NCBI RefSeq assembly: GCF_001194135.2
Contig: NC_068984.1
Location: 13,002,171 to 13,066,170, forward strand
DNA: 64,000 bases
DNA from: Octopus bimaculoides
Lineage: Eukaryota
Direction: 5' to 3'
Every line of letters begins with the position of its first letter. The first letter of the stretch is position 1. The notes beneath the pieces are model-generated. The model made no database searches. It saw only the letters and a list, made by a program, of their open reading frames with translations, and was not told the DNA's origin. Shown here one piece after another: positions 38,741-52,255 of this stretch. Made by a program: the position numbers and the translations under genes.

Positions 38741-39959
38741 TATATACAAGTTTTCTTTTTACTGCATAAATGTGAAATCAATGCACTTTAAAGTGTACAT
38801 GGTGGTTTCCGAAAACGTATTGCATTTCAGTGACTGAGTTTAATGCCTTCACGGACAACAGCCGACATACCAGCACATTATAGCCTTAATTATGATTGTA
38901 GCCGAAACTGCGACAAAAGACGTAAATCTGGAATGTTCACTGCATTGTTTATCTATGCAAGGAAGTAAGGAGAAGTTCCTGTTTAACGTTTATGTTAACT
39001 TCGGTTTTTAATGATGAGTTCAGTTCGTCCCATGAAACCTTGATAAACTACATAAAGTCAAAATTACTTTTTCTTTATGGCGTTCGCTATCAGTATGGAA
39101 TACAATTTTTCTCTAACATTTAATTCTATGAAGTGGTGTAAATAGGCTTGCATTCATATTTGGAATAGGTAACGCTGTTCTATAACATTTTTTTTTATCT
39201 CTGTAATGCTTTTTTTTAGTACTTAGAATACACCTAATGGGAAATGAAGATTGTGTTGCAAAGCTAATACCTTTGCTTAAAAAGACTGTTTATGTAATTG
39301 ATTCGCTTAACCCTTTTCCTGTTCAAAGCATTTTTATTAGTTTGTCCTCAACGTTTATGTTTGCTATAAAACTTAGCCCTTTTTTATACGTGATATGGTG
39401 CTTTCCCTTCTTAAGTCTCAAGCTGCTCTGGTGGTCGAAACATTTGTGAATGTGTATCATATATGATATATTGATGCTAGGGAAATATGGTCCTGTGTAT
39501 GACAGGTAATAGAGTAGGCAAGCAAAGGATGAAATAAAAGAACAACCACAGCGATGAATTAGATGATTGTTTGCTGGTTTCCTCTGATCAGGTGTATCGG
39601 TTTTGTTTCCAAGAGATGAAGACAAGAAGTAGTATTGTTAATTCCCAGAAGCAATATAGAGCGGTAAGAAGCGAAATAGTTTTAAAAGGGTTTCAAAATC
39701 TTGACGACATATTCACTTAACTTTGCTTCTGTTACCCCTTTTTATGCTACTAATAATAATGCAATGCTCAAACACGCATTGTGTGGTTCTGAAATACGAT
39801 TTCAGTCACGAATTGTGACAAAATATATTCAAAACAAAGTGAACAATCAGGTTAGCGTGATCACGTGATGGAACAAGCTATCGGGCGTAGTTATGCATCA
39901 CTGGTCACAATACGCTTCGAATTGATTTAGCTTTGAATGACGCCGCTCACTCGTCCGTT

Positions 39960-40092
39960 GTAGGGTTAGACGTTTACAGGCGAGAAGACTGGAGCAACGG
40001 GAAATGAAGTGTTTTGCTCGAGAACTGGGAATCGAAATCACGACCCCAGGATCGTGAACGCAACATGCCAAACCACAAGGCCACTCAGCTTC
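39960..40092 (-). mobile_element. SINE family D head (tRNA-derived), diverged
   Basis: Reverse complement reads tggccttgtggtttggc...gtgatttcgattcc...gagcaaaacactt. Confidence 0.65.
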
Positions 40093-41220
40093 ATGCACAA
40101 ATATTTACTTTTAATCTACGATGTATGATACGGATTTGAGTAAAGGTCTGCCACAGCTGCGATGCATAGTTTTAATAAGAAACTTAACTTCCATGCTGAT
40201 AATTTCAGTTTGATAACAAGCGGTTGATTAAACATTTTCGAAGAAACAAACACTTTGAAAGAAGCCACTTACTTTATCGAGATTCACTTGAATTTGATAG
40301 CATTCCTGTTGTCAAAGAATCATTAAAAATTGTACAAAAACAAAATTCATTGGAACATGCTATCACCTCACTTAAAATTGGTATTCTGCAACATAGTATT
40401 ACAAGACTTTCTGGATAATGTTGGTTATGCAAACATAGACACAACTGCACAACTGAAGTTGGAGCAAAAACATGATAATAACAGACACAAATGTAAGAAG
40501 GTCACTTATAACGGATGATAGAAGAAAAGATGATTTTTAAAGAACACTTTGGTTAATGCTACAATGAACCCCATTTGCTAACTTGGGTGTAATATAATAG
40601 CTTTGGCAGAATTTTTATAATACGAATAAAAACTTACCTACTTAGCTAATTCTGTAAATCAAAGTTATTTCCTAAAGAATTTTATTATTTACCATATTTC
40701 ATATAAATATATCTGAAATTAGAGACATCTCATAATAATTCTTAAGCATTTTTAAAGCATTTAAAATGTTTTTTTTAGATACATTCAAAGTTAATGAAAG
40801 CAATTGGGAGATTTTCAAAATTGCTCCAACAAGCAAATTTCCTTGAAAATACTTTATTTGTCTTAAAGAATGGAATTAGGTTCGTAGAAAATGAAGTCGG
40901 GAATATACTGTCATAATCCTATAATTGCTATTTCTAATGTTTGGGATACCCTGCATTTGGGAAGAAATGACAAAAGATTGAGTACCTATTCCAGCTATAA
41001 CGACTCTCTGATAAGAACCCAAATATATACACATCAAGTGAATGTTTTGCATCACGCACACAGACACCCATCGACAGACATGCACACACACATACACAGA
41101 AACACAAACACACATGTATATATGTACACCTGTGTGTGAGTGTGCGCATGTGTATATATATACACACACATGTAGGAAAATCGATCATTTATATTGGCCA
41201 TACTCCTTAGACTTATTGAA

Positions 41221-41515
41221 GGCACATGGCTCAGTGGTTAGAGCGTCGGGCTCACAGTCATGAGGTACTGAGTTCGATTTCCGGACCGGGCTGTGTGTTG
41301 TGTTTTTGAGCAAAACACTTTATTTCACTCAGCTGTAGAAATGGCAGTAAACTGCATTGATCGTTTGCCTTTCCCTAGAATAACATCAGTGGCGTGGAGA
41401 GAGAAGTCTGGTATGCATGGACAACTACCAATCTGGTATAAACAATCTTCCCTGGACTTGAGCCTCGGTTGTGTGTGTGTGGGGGAACTTTCAAGGTGCA
41501 ATCACATGGTCATCC
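41221..41515 (+). mobile_element. SINE family D (tRNA head + CORE-like segment)
   Basis: A box TGGCTCAGTGG and B box GAGTTCGATTTC, then ttgagcaaaacactttatttcac. Confidence 0.75.
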
Positions 41516-43064
41516 ATTTAACTTTTGCTCCTTAATCTTAAAAAAAAACCGAATTACTTTTAGTACTCAAAGATAATTTAGGCCGATAATTCGAGTTAGT
41601 TAATCACCACAAGCGTCTTGCTTCTGGGTAGTCTTAGAGCTAAAAGAACACCATTTTAAAAGTGTTCTTTTTATGCTTTGTCTTATATTGAATAGTTCTT
41701 GTTATTTAAACATTTAATTCACATCATCAAAGAATTTAGAATTTTGTCCACTACTGTTCAGCTCGCAGAATTATAATTGTCTTTGAATCGTTGATGCCTT
41801 GCACACGTTTTTGCTGAGTACATTCAGCCAACTGATGAAGACATCTTTTATGCTTTAGCTTTTTATAATTAAACCTATATGCTAATATTAAAGAGATATT
41901 CTTTTTTCGTTTTTTAAATTAATAAATATAATTTTTTTTTTTTTTTGTAAAAAATTTCGGTTATATTTTCAAAAATTATTAAATATAAATTGAATGTGTA
42001 TTTAGTTTCATATTTTTTAGATGATTTTGATCAATATATTTATACTCATTAAATTTAAGAAGTTAGTTTTATAAGATCTTAAGCCATACAGAAATCAATG
42101 TGGCTTACGTATTTTCAACAGAAGAATCTTCAATTACAGTTTTGGAAGAAATTTATTGCTGAGCCAATTTACCAGAAATTCGTGGCTTCTGTATTTCTTT
42201 CTTGATGTTACAATGCCAGATTCATATTTATATCATATGGCTTGTACCTTTCTCTTTTCTCTTTTTACTTCTATTTTTTCTTCTTGACGAAAGGTAACTC
42301 TCCGAAGCGTTGAAAATTCTTTGTTTCTTCCATACAACATAAAATAAATTACATTGTGCTCCTGTTTCATTCTATGCATTTTGCTTGATGTTCGTTTTTA
42401 TGTTTCTGAAATCTCGCATATTAAATTCAGGTGCTACCCATTTATTTGCCGAAACATCACCTTGTTTACTACTAACTAGCAATTAGTGAAAAAAATTTGT
42501 TCATTTATATTTGTTGCTGAAAATAAATCAATATTTGTAGTTGTAACTAGCAATGAAATTTTACTGAAAATCGATACAAATATTTCTTCGATTTTGGGTT
42601 AAAAATTAACTCACTATAAAACGAAGAATAAAAATGCAATTTTTTTCGCCCGACATAAAATAATGTTACAAATAATTTTAGTTTATAAAGTGTTGATTTT
42701 TACACGAGGGATATCGACATTTCTGTTCCATCATGACCATCATGCCACCTCTTTTGATTTATCTTTGCACGGACGAGAGAGAAAAAGAGAGAGAGAGAGA
42801 GAGAGATAGAGAGACATAAATGGAAGCGGGAGTTGAAGAGAGAGGGAGAGAAAGAAAGTGAAGCCAGGTTTTTCATGTTGAAATACAAATTTAAAAGGTA
42901 AATAATATGTAACGCTGTTATTTTGTCCCATTGTATCACTGACCTATGATCAAAATCATTCCAAGCCATAGGCTTCCTGTGTGTTTGTTTTGCAGACATA
43001 GTGGAGTCTGGGCCAAGTTATCCACGCCATCCATTTTAGATGTAGCTTGAAAGATGGTGGTTAC

Positions 43065-43250
43065 AAGAATCATGAGTTCATCGGACAAAATGCTTAGCGG
43101 GATTTCTTCCGTCTCTTTACTTCATGAGCTCAAGTACTACCGAGGTTAACTGAGCCGTTCACCCCTTCGGGGTCGGTAAGATAAGGTATCAAACAAATAT
43201 TGGGGACCATGTAATCGACTTGGCACATCCCCTCAAAATTGCTGGACTTG
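43065..43250 (+). mobile_element. SINE family B, old diverged copy
   Basis: aaaatgcttagcgggattt...cccttcggggtcggtaagataaggtatc...gtaatcgactt. Confidence 0.65.
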
Positions 43251-44840
43251 AACGCTGGAACGGAATAACGATTCATTCAGGGTAGATGTTGTGCTATCGA
43301 TGACTAATGCATCTATAAAACCGAGTAACTGGCCTAGGGTTCAGAAAAAAAAAAATGTAACTTGAAGGAGATTAATTTTTTATTTGTAGTAGGTCGAGCT
43401 ATAGTGTAGCGGCTCCCTCGTAATTGCTTGATCGAATTCTTCCGAACGACAATGGTTGGTAAGGCGAAAGCACAGACTGTGAACGAGAGGAAAATAATAG
43501 AAAGATAGATACATAGACACAGAGAATGATAGGGAATGAGATAAAGAGTGAAAGAGAAAAGGAGAATGAAACGTGGCACAGGAAAAAAAGAGCTCATGGG
43601 GGAAGGAGAAAGAGTTTAAAGACTTCGGAGCTGTTATATATTTCAGAAATGCATGAAGAATTTCGTAATATGTCTTACGTATATAAAAGTAAGCCTTAAT
43701 GTCTATATGGTTCTACATCAAATTTATGAACCAATGAGGAAGCCCTTAAATTATCGCCCGACCAGATAGAATTAACTACGAAATCCTACTTAAATTACTC
43801 ACCACTATCACGAAAGCGAAAGGACGTCGTTGAACAATGGAGTCTTAGATGTCTGTGAAAGCAAATGAGAAGGTCACGGCAAGAACGTCTATGATTGTAT
43901 AGATAGGCATGATTGCTCAAAACTGACCTCGTGCGGATGACCACCATTATCAGCACACCACTCCGTCACCACCACCACCACCACTAACACCACCACCAAC
44001 ACCACCGCCTTCCCATCACACCACCGCCCCATCACGACCTCCACCAAAATCATCGTCAACGTTATCACCAGAACTACCCCGACCACCACGTCGACGACGA
44101 AGATGAGCACCNNNNNNNNNNNNNNNNNNNNNNNNNNNNNNNNNNNNNNNNNNNNNNNNNNNNNNNNNNNNNNNNNNNNNNNNNNNNNNNNNNNNNNNNN
44201 NNNNNNNNNNNNNNNNNNNNNNNNNNNNNNNNNNNNNNNNNNNNNNNNNNNNNNNNNNNNNNNNNNNNNNNNNNNNNNNNNNNNNNNNNNNNNNNNNNNN
44301 NNNNNNNNNNNNNNNNNNNNNNNNNNNNNNNNNNNNNNNNNNNNNNNNNNNNNNNNNNNNNNNNNNNNNNNNNNNNNNNNNNNNNNNNNNNNNNNNNNNN
44401 NNNNNNNNNNNNNNNNNNNNNNNNNNNNNNNNNNNNNNNNNNNNNNNNNNNNNNNNNNNNNNNNNNNNNNNNNNNNNNNNNNNNNNNNNNNNNNNNNNNN
44501 NNNNNNNNNNNNNNNNNNNNNNNNNNNNNNNNNNNNNNNNNNNNNNNNNNNNNNNNNNNNNNNNNNNNNNNNNNNNNNNNNNNNNNNNNNNNNNNNNNNN
44601 NNNNNNNNNNNNNNNNNNNNNNNNNNNNNNNNNNNNNNNNNNNNNNNNNNNNNNNNNNNNNNNNNNNNNNNNNNNNNNNNNNNNNNNNNNNNNNNNNNNN
44701 NNNNNNNNNNNNNNNNNNNNNNNNNNNNNNNNNNNNNNNNNNNNNNNNNNNNNNNNNNNNNNNNNNNNNNNNNNNNNNNNNNNNNNNNNNNNNNNNNNNN
44801 NNNNNNNNNNNNNNNNNNNNNNNNNNNNNNNNNNNNNNNN

Positions 44841-44872
<32 letters not shown>

Positions 44873-45170
44873 TATAATAGATGTTTTGATAGGCGCACTC
44901 ACTCGTATATAGAGATAAATATACACAAAAATATATTCATATGCAAGCATGCTCAAAATTTTATATATAGATGTGTGTGAGTGTATATATATATATATGT
45001 GTGTGTGTGTGTTTGTGTTTGTGTTTATGTAGTATATATATATGTATATGTAATAGATGTTTTGATATGCTCACTCATTGATATATTCAGATAAATATAC
45101 AAAAACATATATTCACATGCACGCATGCTCAAAATTTTATATATAGATGTGTGTGTGCGTATGTCTGTTT

Positions 45171-45216
<46 letters not shown>

Positions 45217-45298
45217 ATGTGAATTTTGATAGTAGAATGCTATGACCGAGACAGCGACCTGTAACGTACTCTACAATAACATGAATAACTGCACACAA

Positions 45299-45401
<103 letters not shown>

Positions 45402-45856
45402 GTACATGTGTGTGTCTGCGTTCATATGTGGGTGGCTGCGTATTTGCGAGCGCCTTTGTGTCAAGTAAGGCCTAGCACCGTGAGTGTTTCGGTATAGATA
45501 TTCGTTGATGTTTACTCAGTACAATATCATTTTCTACATACCTTCATATGCAACTATTTTGTATACTAACGTAGCTATGATCGTCCTACTAAAGTATACA
45601 AACACGAGAACTTTAGAGAAAGTTAGAAAACAATAATACACTTGCTTATCAATGATATTAGGCTTGCCGGGCGGCTCATTCATCCATTACTTCACAAGTG
45701 CAGCAGACCCCGGAGACCGGTTACATACAACGAGTGTCATTGAGAAGGTGTCTCATTTATCAAATCGACATGGCATAAAACCATGTGAACCATTTTACAC
45801 TTCGTCCCCAAAAGGAAAACTTGTGTGTGTGTGTCTGTGTGTGTGCATGTGTGATT

Positions 45857-45906
<50 letters not shown>

Positions 45907-46071
45907 CACAGGAAAGTGAAACTAATGACAATTGGTGTTCACACACTTTAATCGATCTGATAATTTCAGTGACATTTTTCACGCTGTTAACCATAAATAT
46001 AAAGCTTGATCATTATTATAATTTTTATTGTAAGTAGTTACTTTTGTTGTTCATCACCACCACCACCACCA

Positions 46072-46355
46072 CTAGTACTTATTCTATCGGTCTCTTTTGC
46101 CGAACCGCTATATTACGGTGACGTAAACCCACCAGCATCGGTTTTCAAGTGATGTTGGGGGACAAACACAGAAACACAAACACATACACACACACATATA
46201 TATACATATATACGACGGGCTTCTTTCAGTTTCCGTCTACCAAATTTACTCACAAGGCTATAGTAGAAGACACTTGCCCAAAGTGCTTCGCAGTGGGACT
46301 GAACCCCGAACCACGTGGCTGGTAAGTACTTACCACACAGCCACTCCTACGCCTA
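46072..46355 (-). mobile_element. SINE family A, 3'-truncated, with a 17-nt internal deletion
   Basis: Head cttaccacacagccactcctacgccta on the + strand; cacaaggct^atagtag junction. Confidence 0.9.
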
Positions 46356-46399
46356 CATTATTTACATAATTCCTCATCTCTTAAACATAAAACTGAAAT

Positions 46400-48470
46400 T
46401 ACATTAATATTACAAACTATTATATGTTCCTTTAGTTTGCAAGGATTTTATCTCGAGGCTTTTGTTACATTTTTCTTAAAATCTTCAGTTTCTTGCTTAG
46501 ACTGACATGTTTCTGCGGGTCTACATTTCCAATATCTGTCAGTAATTACGGTGTTGTGCCAAGCGTACCAATTATTACAGAAACAACTGGTTAACTCCTG
46601 ATATTTTACAATTTCCTCATTTTCATTTTATTAATTCAACTTTCTCTCTTGTCTTTTGTCTTCAGCAATGACTCGTTTTCGTGCTTTAGTAGTACGATCA
46701 GTCTTTATAAAGAATTGCTATACAATCCTGTAATCATAATTTACCGTTACAGCTTCTCGTCTGAGTTTTTAAAAAGCTCATTTCTATCACTTTCAGTCTC
46801 ACACTCAGTTAACATTGTAATACACTCTTTTACTGAAAAGAGTCATACCTGGTCTCACACTCTTTTATGCTACCTTCCAGTATTCACTTAAAAGCTGGTT
46901 AATACTTTCGTCTATTTTACCACAGATTCTGCGTTTCCTCTGTGGTCGAAGTTTTTCGATCTTTGTCTTTATCAATTTCGTTCTGATGTCTTGTTCCTAA
47001 ATGGCTATAATTGAAAATTCAGATTCTAGTTTTGGTTTCCATCTGTCACGCACAGCCAGCGTTCGCCACTCCCAGAATAGGTTTATTGCATAAATTGCCT
47101 ATACAATTGTCTTTTCTTCTTGGATTCTCTCAGCTCAGTTTCCATGATTTATTAGATATTTCTGGTCGTATATAAATTTCTTCCTTTACTATACTCAACA
47201 GAATTATTCAAACACAATATCACAAGACTGATGTGATTCTGCATTGAACACATTTCTGCTTCCTTGTCTTCGTGGTAAATAAACCCTTTCGATATGAAGT
47301 TTTGTATAGTGAGCGTTATGCGTGGTGTGTAGATTCTCAGTTCTACGATACAACTCATGTGGATCTGTTAAAAGATCTGTATAATTCAATTTGAAAAAAA
47401 AGCAGAATATCTCAGAACGGGTATTGCTTACGTATTAATTGCCTTGATATCATACTTTTTTTTAGTTTCGTTTCGGGCATCTTCCGAATCATTCTTTTGT
47501 ACTCTTCGTCGACATTTTTTCTTATTTCTCTTTCCATTACTTTATCACCTTGCAACGCTTCGAGGTACTTATTCCCTTCATTCTCTCTCAGTAAACAAAA
47601 CATATCATCGTCTGCTATCTTTATACCATTGCATTCAATCTTCCGATTTCTTTTCATTATTAAAGCTGCCCGTTTAATATCCCTAATATCCTTGCTAATT
47701 ATTCCTACTGTTCCAACAAGGGGAAAAAAGTCTTTATCATTTTTGTTGCATAGTTTGAGGTCCCCCGTACGTAGCAGATAATTTATTTTCAACCTGGTCT
47801 TATCAAGCTCGTTCGCAGGGCTGCATTTACTCAGTATGCAACACATTACAATGAAGTCAGCCACCAAAAGTAGTGGAGAGTGTGTCTCCCTGTAACAGAC
47901 AACCATCCTTCGTATTTTCACATTTTCCAATGACTTCCTTCGACGTTTTAGCTTTACTCCATTTTTATAAAAGCAAAACTCTTAATTTTCTTATTCATAA
48001 TCAGTGTCCTCAAGTACTCCAACAACCAAAATTTCGAAACTTTATCGTAGGATTTCTCAAAATCCATCCAATCAAGGTTTACACCTTTATTTCTTGTTCG
48101 TACCACGTTTAATATCTTGCTAACGATATTTAACAGATTAGGAGTTCATTTGCACTCTTATTTCTTTATTGCCCACAAGGGGCCAAACATAGAGGGGACA
48201 AACAAGGACAGACCCAAGTGCGTAACTGGTACTTAATTTATCGACCCCGAAAGGATGAAAGGCAAAGTCGACCACGGTGGAATTTGAACTCAGAACGTAA
48301 CGGCAGACGAAATACCGCTAAGCATTTCGCCTGGCGTGCCAACGTTTCTGCCAGCTCGTCGCTTTTTTCATTAGGAGTTCATTTGCACCCCTTTTATTCT
48401 CCTAGTAATAGATTCTTCTTCTGGAGAAAGCTATAAAATTAATCTACTATGAGGTTAGAGGTTAGTACGA
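46400..48470 (-). mobile_element. R4/Dong-clade RLE LINE remnant (RT + CCHC + RLE), interrupted by a SINE
   Basis: Minus strand: PEEE...GANELLI; NLDWMDFEKSYDKV; QGDTLS; INYLLRTGDLKL (decayed YMDD); NKYL...EYKRMIRK..ETKL; IERVYLPRRQG; RRICGKIDE; TDRTTKARK; VIIGTLG. Confidence 0.8.
48156..48364 (-). mobile_element. SINE family B (tail type I) with a perfect 19-bp TSD
   Basis: attaggagttcatttgcac at 48137-48155 and 48370-48388. Confidence 0.95.
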
Positions 48471-49050
48471 GGTAAGCATGCAATACACCTGACTTCCCTT
48501 CTTTATTTTGCCCTAATGTATGGACATTGTCTTTCTTTTTTGTCATCCTTGTTGGTGCTCCATTTTGTATAAAGCCAGTGAGAAACAATTCTATACAGCA
48601 TACTTGTGAGATTTTAAACCAAAAAACCCTTACACCACATTTTCAGCATGGTTTATCACTCTCATCTCTCATCTGTAATATATATATTCTCTTGCCTTCA
48701 CCTGTTTTCCATTTTCCTTTTAAACACCAATAACCACTTTTATTGTGTTATGTTCAAACTCTTTGCTTCAAATATCTGACCAAAAGTATTTTGTCGCTTC
48801 ACTATTTATGTTATGCCATTATGCTGGTTAGCATTCTCATTGTCCACCGAGTGACGCAAATTTCCTATCACTCTCTCTGTGTCCCTCTCTCTCTCTCTCT
48901 CTCTCTCTGTGCCCCCCTCTCTCTCTCTCTGCCCCCCCTCTCTCTGTCCCCCTCTCTCTCTGTCGCCCCTCTCTCTCTCTGTCCCATCTCTCTCTCTATA
49001 TATATATATATTATATATATATGCATACAAGCATATATATATATATATAT

Positions 49051-49136
49051 ACAGGGTGTCCACAAAGTCTGGCTACATGGAGTAAATAAAATCATAACAT
49101 AAACAATTAAATATAAACAATAATAATTTCTTAAAG
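49051..49136. mobile_element. Tc1/mariner-like terminus running into an N gap
   Basis: TA|cagggtgtccacaaag start is typical of Tc1-like TIRs (from recall). Confidence 0.4.
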
Positions 49137-49394
49137 NNNNNNNNNNNNNNNNNNNNNNNNNNNNNNNNNNNNNNNNNNNNNNNNNNNNNNNNNNNNNNNN
49201 NNNNNNNNNNNNNNNNNNNNNNNNNNNNNNNNNNNNNNNNNNNNNNNNNNNNNNNNNNNNNNNNNNNNNNNNNNNNNNNNNNNNNNNNNNNNNNNNNNNN
49301 NNNNNNNNNNNNNNNNNNNNNNNNNNNNNNNNNNNNNNNNNNNNNNNNNNNNNNNNNNNNNNNNNNNNNNNNNNNNNNNNNNNNNNNNNNNNNN

Positions 49395-49431
<37 letters not shown>

Positions 49432-50115
49432 TATTCAAGTATAAGTGTATATAAATACTTGTACATACATATATAAGCGTATGTATGTACAAGACATCAA
49501 TTATCGTGTCTGTTGTTATATAGTATTTGTGTCTCTTAAGTTACATGAATTAGCAGATGTCCTTGTCTTTTAGCTTTGTATGAACATAGATTGATTAAAT
49601 CTGAAGCAAGGGTTGCATTCGTGACCATCATTTTTTAAATATAGATCATGGACTATCCTGCCCTAATTTATCAGTCACTTTCGTTAAAATTGTGGAGCGT
49701 GATATGAGGGAAATTTGCCCTTTCTAGTAGGTCGTACGATCGCCTTGATACTTGCTTGTTGTCTCCTGCAATTTAAGACTTAATATATATTTGTAATTAT
49801 TTGAACTATATATTAGCAGATATGATATAGGAACTATAACCAAGAATAAAACACGATTTAATTTATGTGGTTTAGTTATTTCATCCACCTCACTAATATT
49901 TAAGAAAATAGCATGAATGTCATGATTTTGTTCATTTAAGAAATGATTAGAACTGATCAGCTGTAGATGGATGAATGTGCATTCTTATGTTGAACTCGTT
50001 CGTCTGCGTTTATCGTACTGAAATCAATGTAAAAGTAATTATTCTGTAAAAATCATGTGTCTTTGCTTATATGTGTAGTGTTTATTTTCGTTTGTGGAAA
50101 AGAATTTGGAGGTCA

Positions 50116-50189
50116 GGCGGTTTAGCTTAAATGGTAAGGCATTCCAACCGGATACTGGAGGGATATGAGTTCGATCCTCATGGCTAGCT
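50116..50189 (+). pseudogene. Solitary tRNA-like sequence (probable pseudo-tRNA); isotype not assignable
   Basis: A box TAGCTTAAATGG; perfect T-arm atgag-ttcgatc-ctcat; mismatched acceptor and anticodon stems; T5 at 50199-50203 and poly(A) at ~50221-50238. Confidence 0.55.
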
Positions 50190-50987
50190 GTCCACAAATT
50201 TTTCTGCTGTTAAAAAGCCTAAAAAAAAAAAAAAAAAATGGATTTTATCCTTTATATCTATACTGTTCAGAATCTATGCGTTGAATAAAATTGACCTTTC
50301 TACTTGTTCTACTATACATTTCAGCGCTTGGAAAACAAACTTGTTTGTTTACATATGGCGTGAAATAATTATTTCTTTGTTTTTTTTTTTATCAGGCCTT
50401 GTGCCTATAATAGAAAGGACTATAATTTCTTTTTATGTAACATTATTTATTTTCGATTACATAAGCATTAAATATATAACTTTGTTTTATGCCCAGATAT
50501 CTCAAAAGTGAATAGGCAGGATTCTTTTATGAAAGGATTTATTTCTAGAAATATAATAATGTCATTTGATGCATTTAAATAAAATTTAATCTAGTATTTA
50601 GTAGACATGCTTTGTACAGATTTGATATTTTAACCCAGTTGTGGTGTTCGGACAAACAAAACGGTACAATGATGGACGGCTGTTCAATTTTGACATACCC
50701 GTGTAAGTGAAATGAATAATTTCATTCGTATGTGTAATAAATATTCTTTGCAAATATCTCTAATAAAATTTTACATTTGTTTATATGTTTTATAAACAGT
50801 TATATCGGTTATGTATTTAATAAATATTTATTTTTGCAGATATTTTTAATATCAGTTTTTGCTCATACGTATAATGTTTATCTTCGCCTATATATGTAAT
50901 ATATATCTTTTTCGATTATATGTAAGAATTATTTTGTTTTTCGCTTATTTGTGTAATGAATATTTATTTTCACTTCTACTCTTTTTC

Positions 50988-51178
50988 TTTTTTACTCGCT
51001 TCATTCATTTGACTGCATCTATGCTTGATCAGTCTTGGAGAATTTTCGTCGAACAGTTCGACCTCAGTACTTATTTCATCTTTAGCCGTACCGCTAAGTT
51101 ACGGGGACGTAAACACACTAACACCGATTGTCAAGTTATGACCGGGGTCAAACACAGACACAAAGACACACACACACA

Positions 51179-51214
<36 letters not shown>

Positions 51215-51345
51215 GACGGGTTTCTTTCAGTTTCCGTCTACCGAATCCACTCAAGGATTTGCTCTCTCCGAGGCAATAGTAAAAGACACTTGTCCAAGGC
51301 GTCACGCAATAGGACTGAACCTGGAACCATGTAGTTGGGAGACAA
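50988..51345 (-). mobile_element. SINE family A, diverged and 5'-truncated
   Basis: taagttacggggacgtaaacacac...(TA)n...acgacgggtttctttcagtttccgtctacc. Confidence 0.85.
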
Positions 51346-51860
51346 CATTCTTACCCCCGGTGTGGGTGGGGTAGTAGTGAACATTAGAGGGATGATGAGA
51401 AGATTCCACTACTACTCCACCCCACCACCACCTGGGAAAAATGCTTTACATTCTGAGTTCAAATTCCACCTAGGTTGACTTTGCCTTTCATCCTTTGAAT
51501 GTGTAACCAGTTCAGTTGGTCATACAACCAGAATGATCATCCTAGAAACAGATGAAGATCCATTTCCTTTAGTTTCTGTTTACTTATAGACATCAGCAAA
51601 TGAGCCAATGAGGTAATCTCTGTGTGGTTGTTCAATTTGCTAGACATAACAGCCAAATCGTCCTTACACTATGCTGTAACATTTTTAAAATGATGGATGC
51701 ATTAAATAATGTTGCCCTACATCTTCAATAAAAATACAGAATGGCCTATTATGACCTAACCTGGGTTTAAACCGAAAGGCTTTCGTTGCAACGAATGTAA
51801 ACACCAAAGAGCTTCACGAAATATATGTAAAATATACATGAAAAATATATGAAAAATATT

Positions 51861-52255
51861 TCTTTTACTCCTTTACGTGTTTCAGTCATTTGACTGCGGC
51901 CATGTTGGAGCACCGCCTTTAGTCGAGCAAATCGACCCCAGGACTTATTCTTTGTAAACATAGTACTTATTCTATCGGTCTCTTTTGCCGGATCGCTAAG
52001 TTACTGGGACGTAAATACACCTGCATCGGTTGTCAAGCGATGTTGGGGGGGGGCATCACAGACACACAAACACATACATATACATATATACCACGGTCTT
52101 CATTCAGTTTCCGTCTACCAAATCCACTCACAAGGCTTTGGTCGGCCCGAGGCTATAGTAGAAGACATCTCCCCAAGGTGCCACGCAGTGGGACTGAATC
52201 CGGAACCATGTCGTTGGTAAGCAAGCTACTTACCACACAGCCACTCCTGCGCTTA
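51861..52255 (-). mobile_element. SINE family A, full length with a short central microsatellite
   Basis: Both ends present; TSD-like atatg(a/t)aaaatatt at ~51847-51860 and ~52258-52271. Confidence 0.93.

Noticed and set aside
38490-38790. Identical ~70-nt sequence on both sides of an N gap (a similar case at 62692 and 63439)
   Set aside because: Most likely unmerged contig overlaps at microsatellites, i.e. an assembly artefact.
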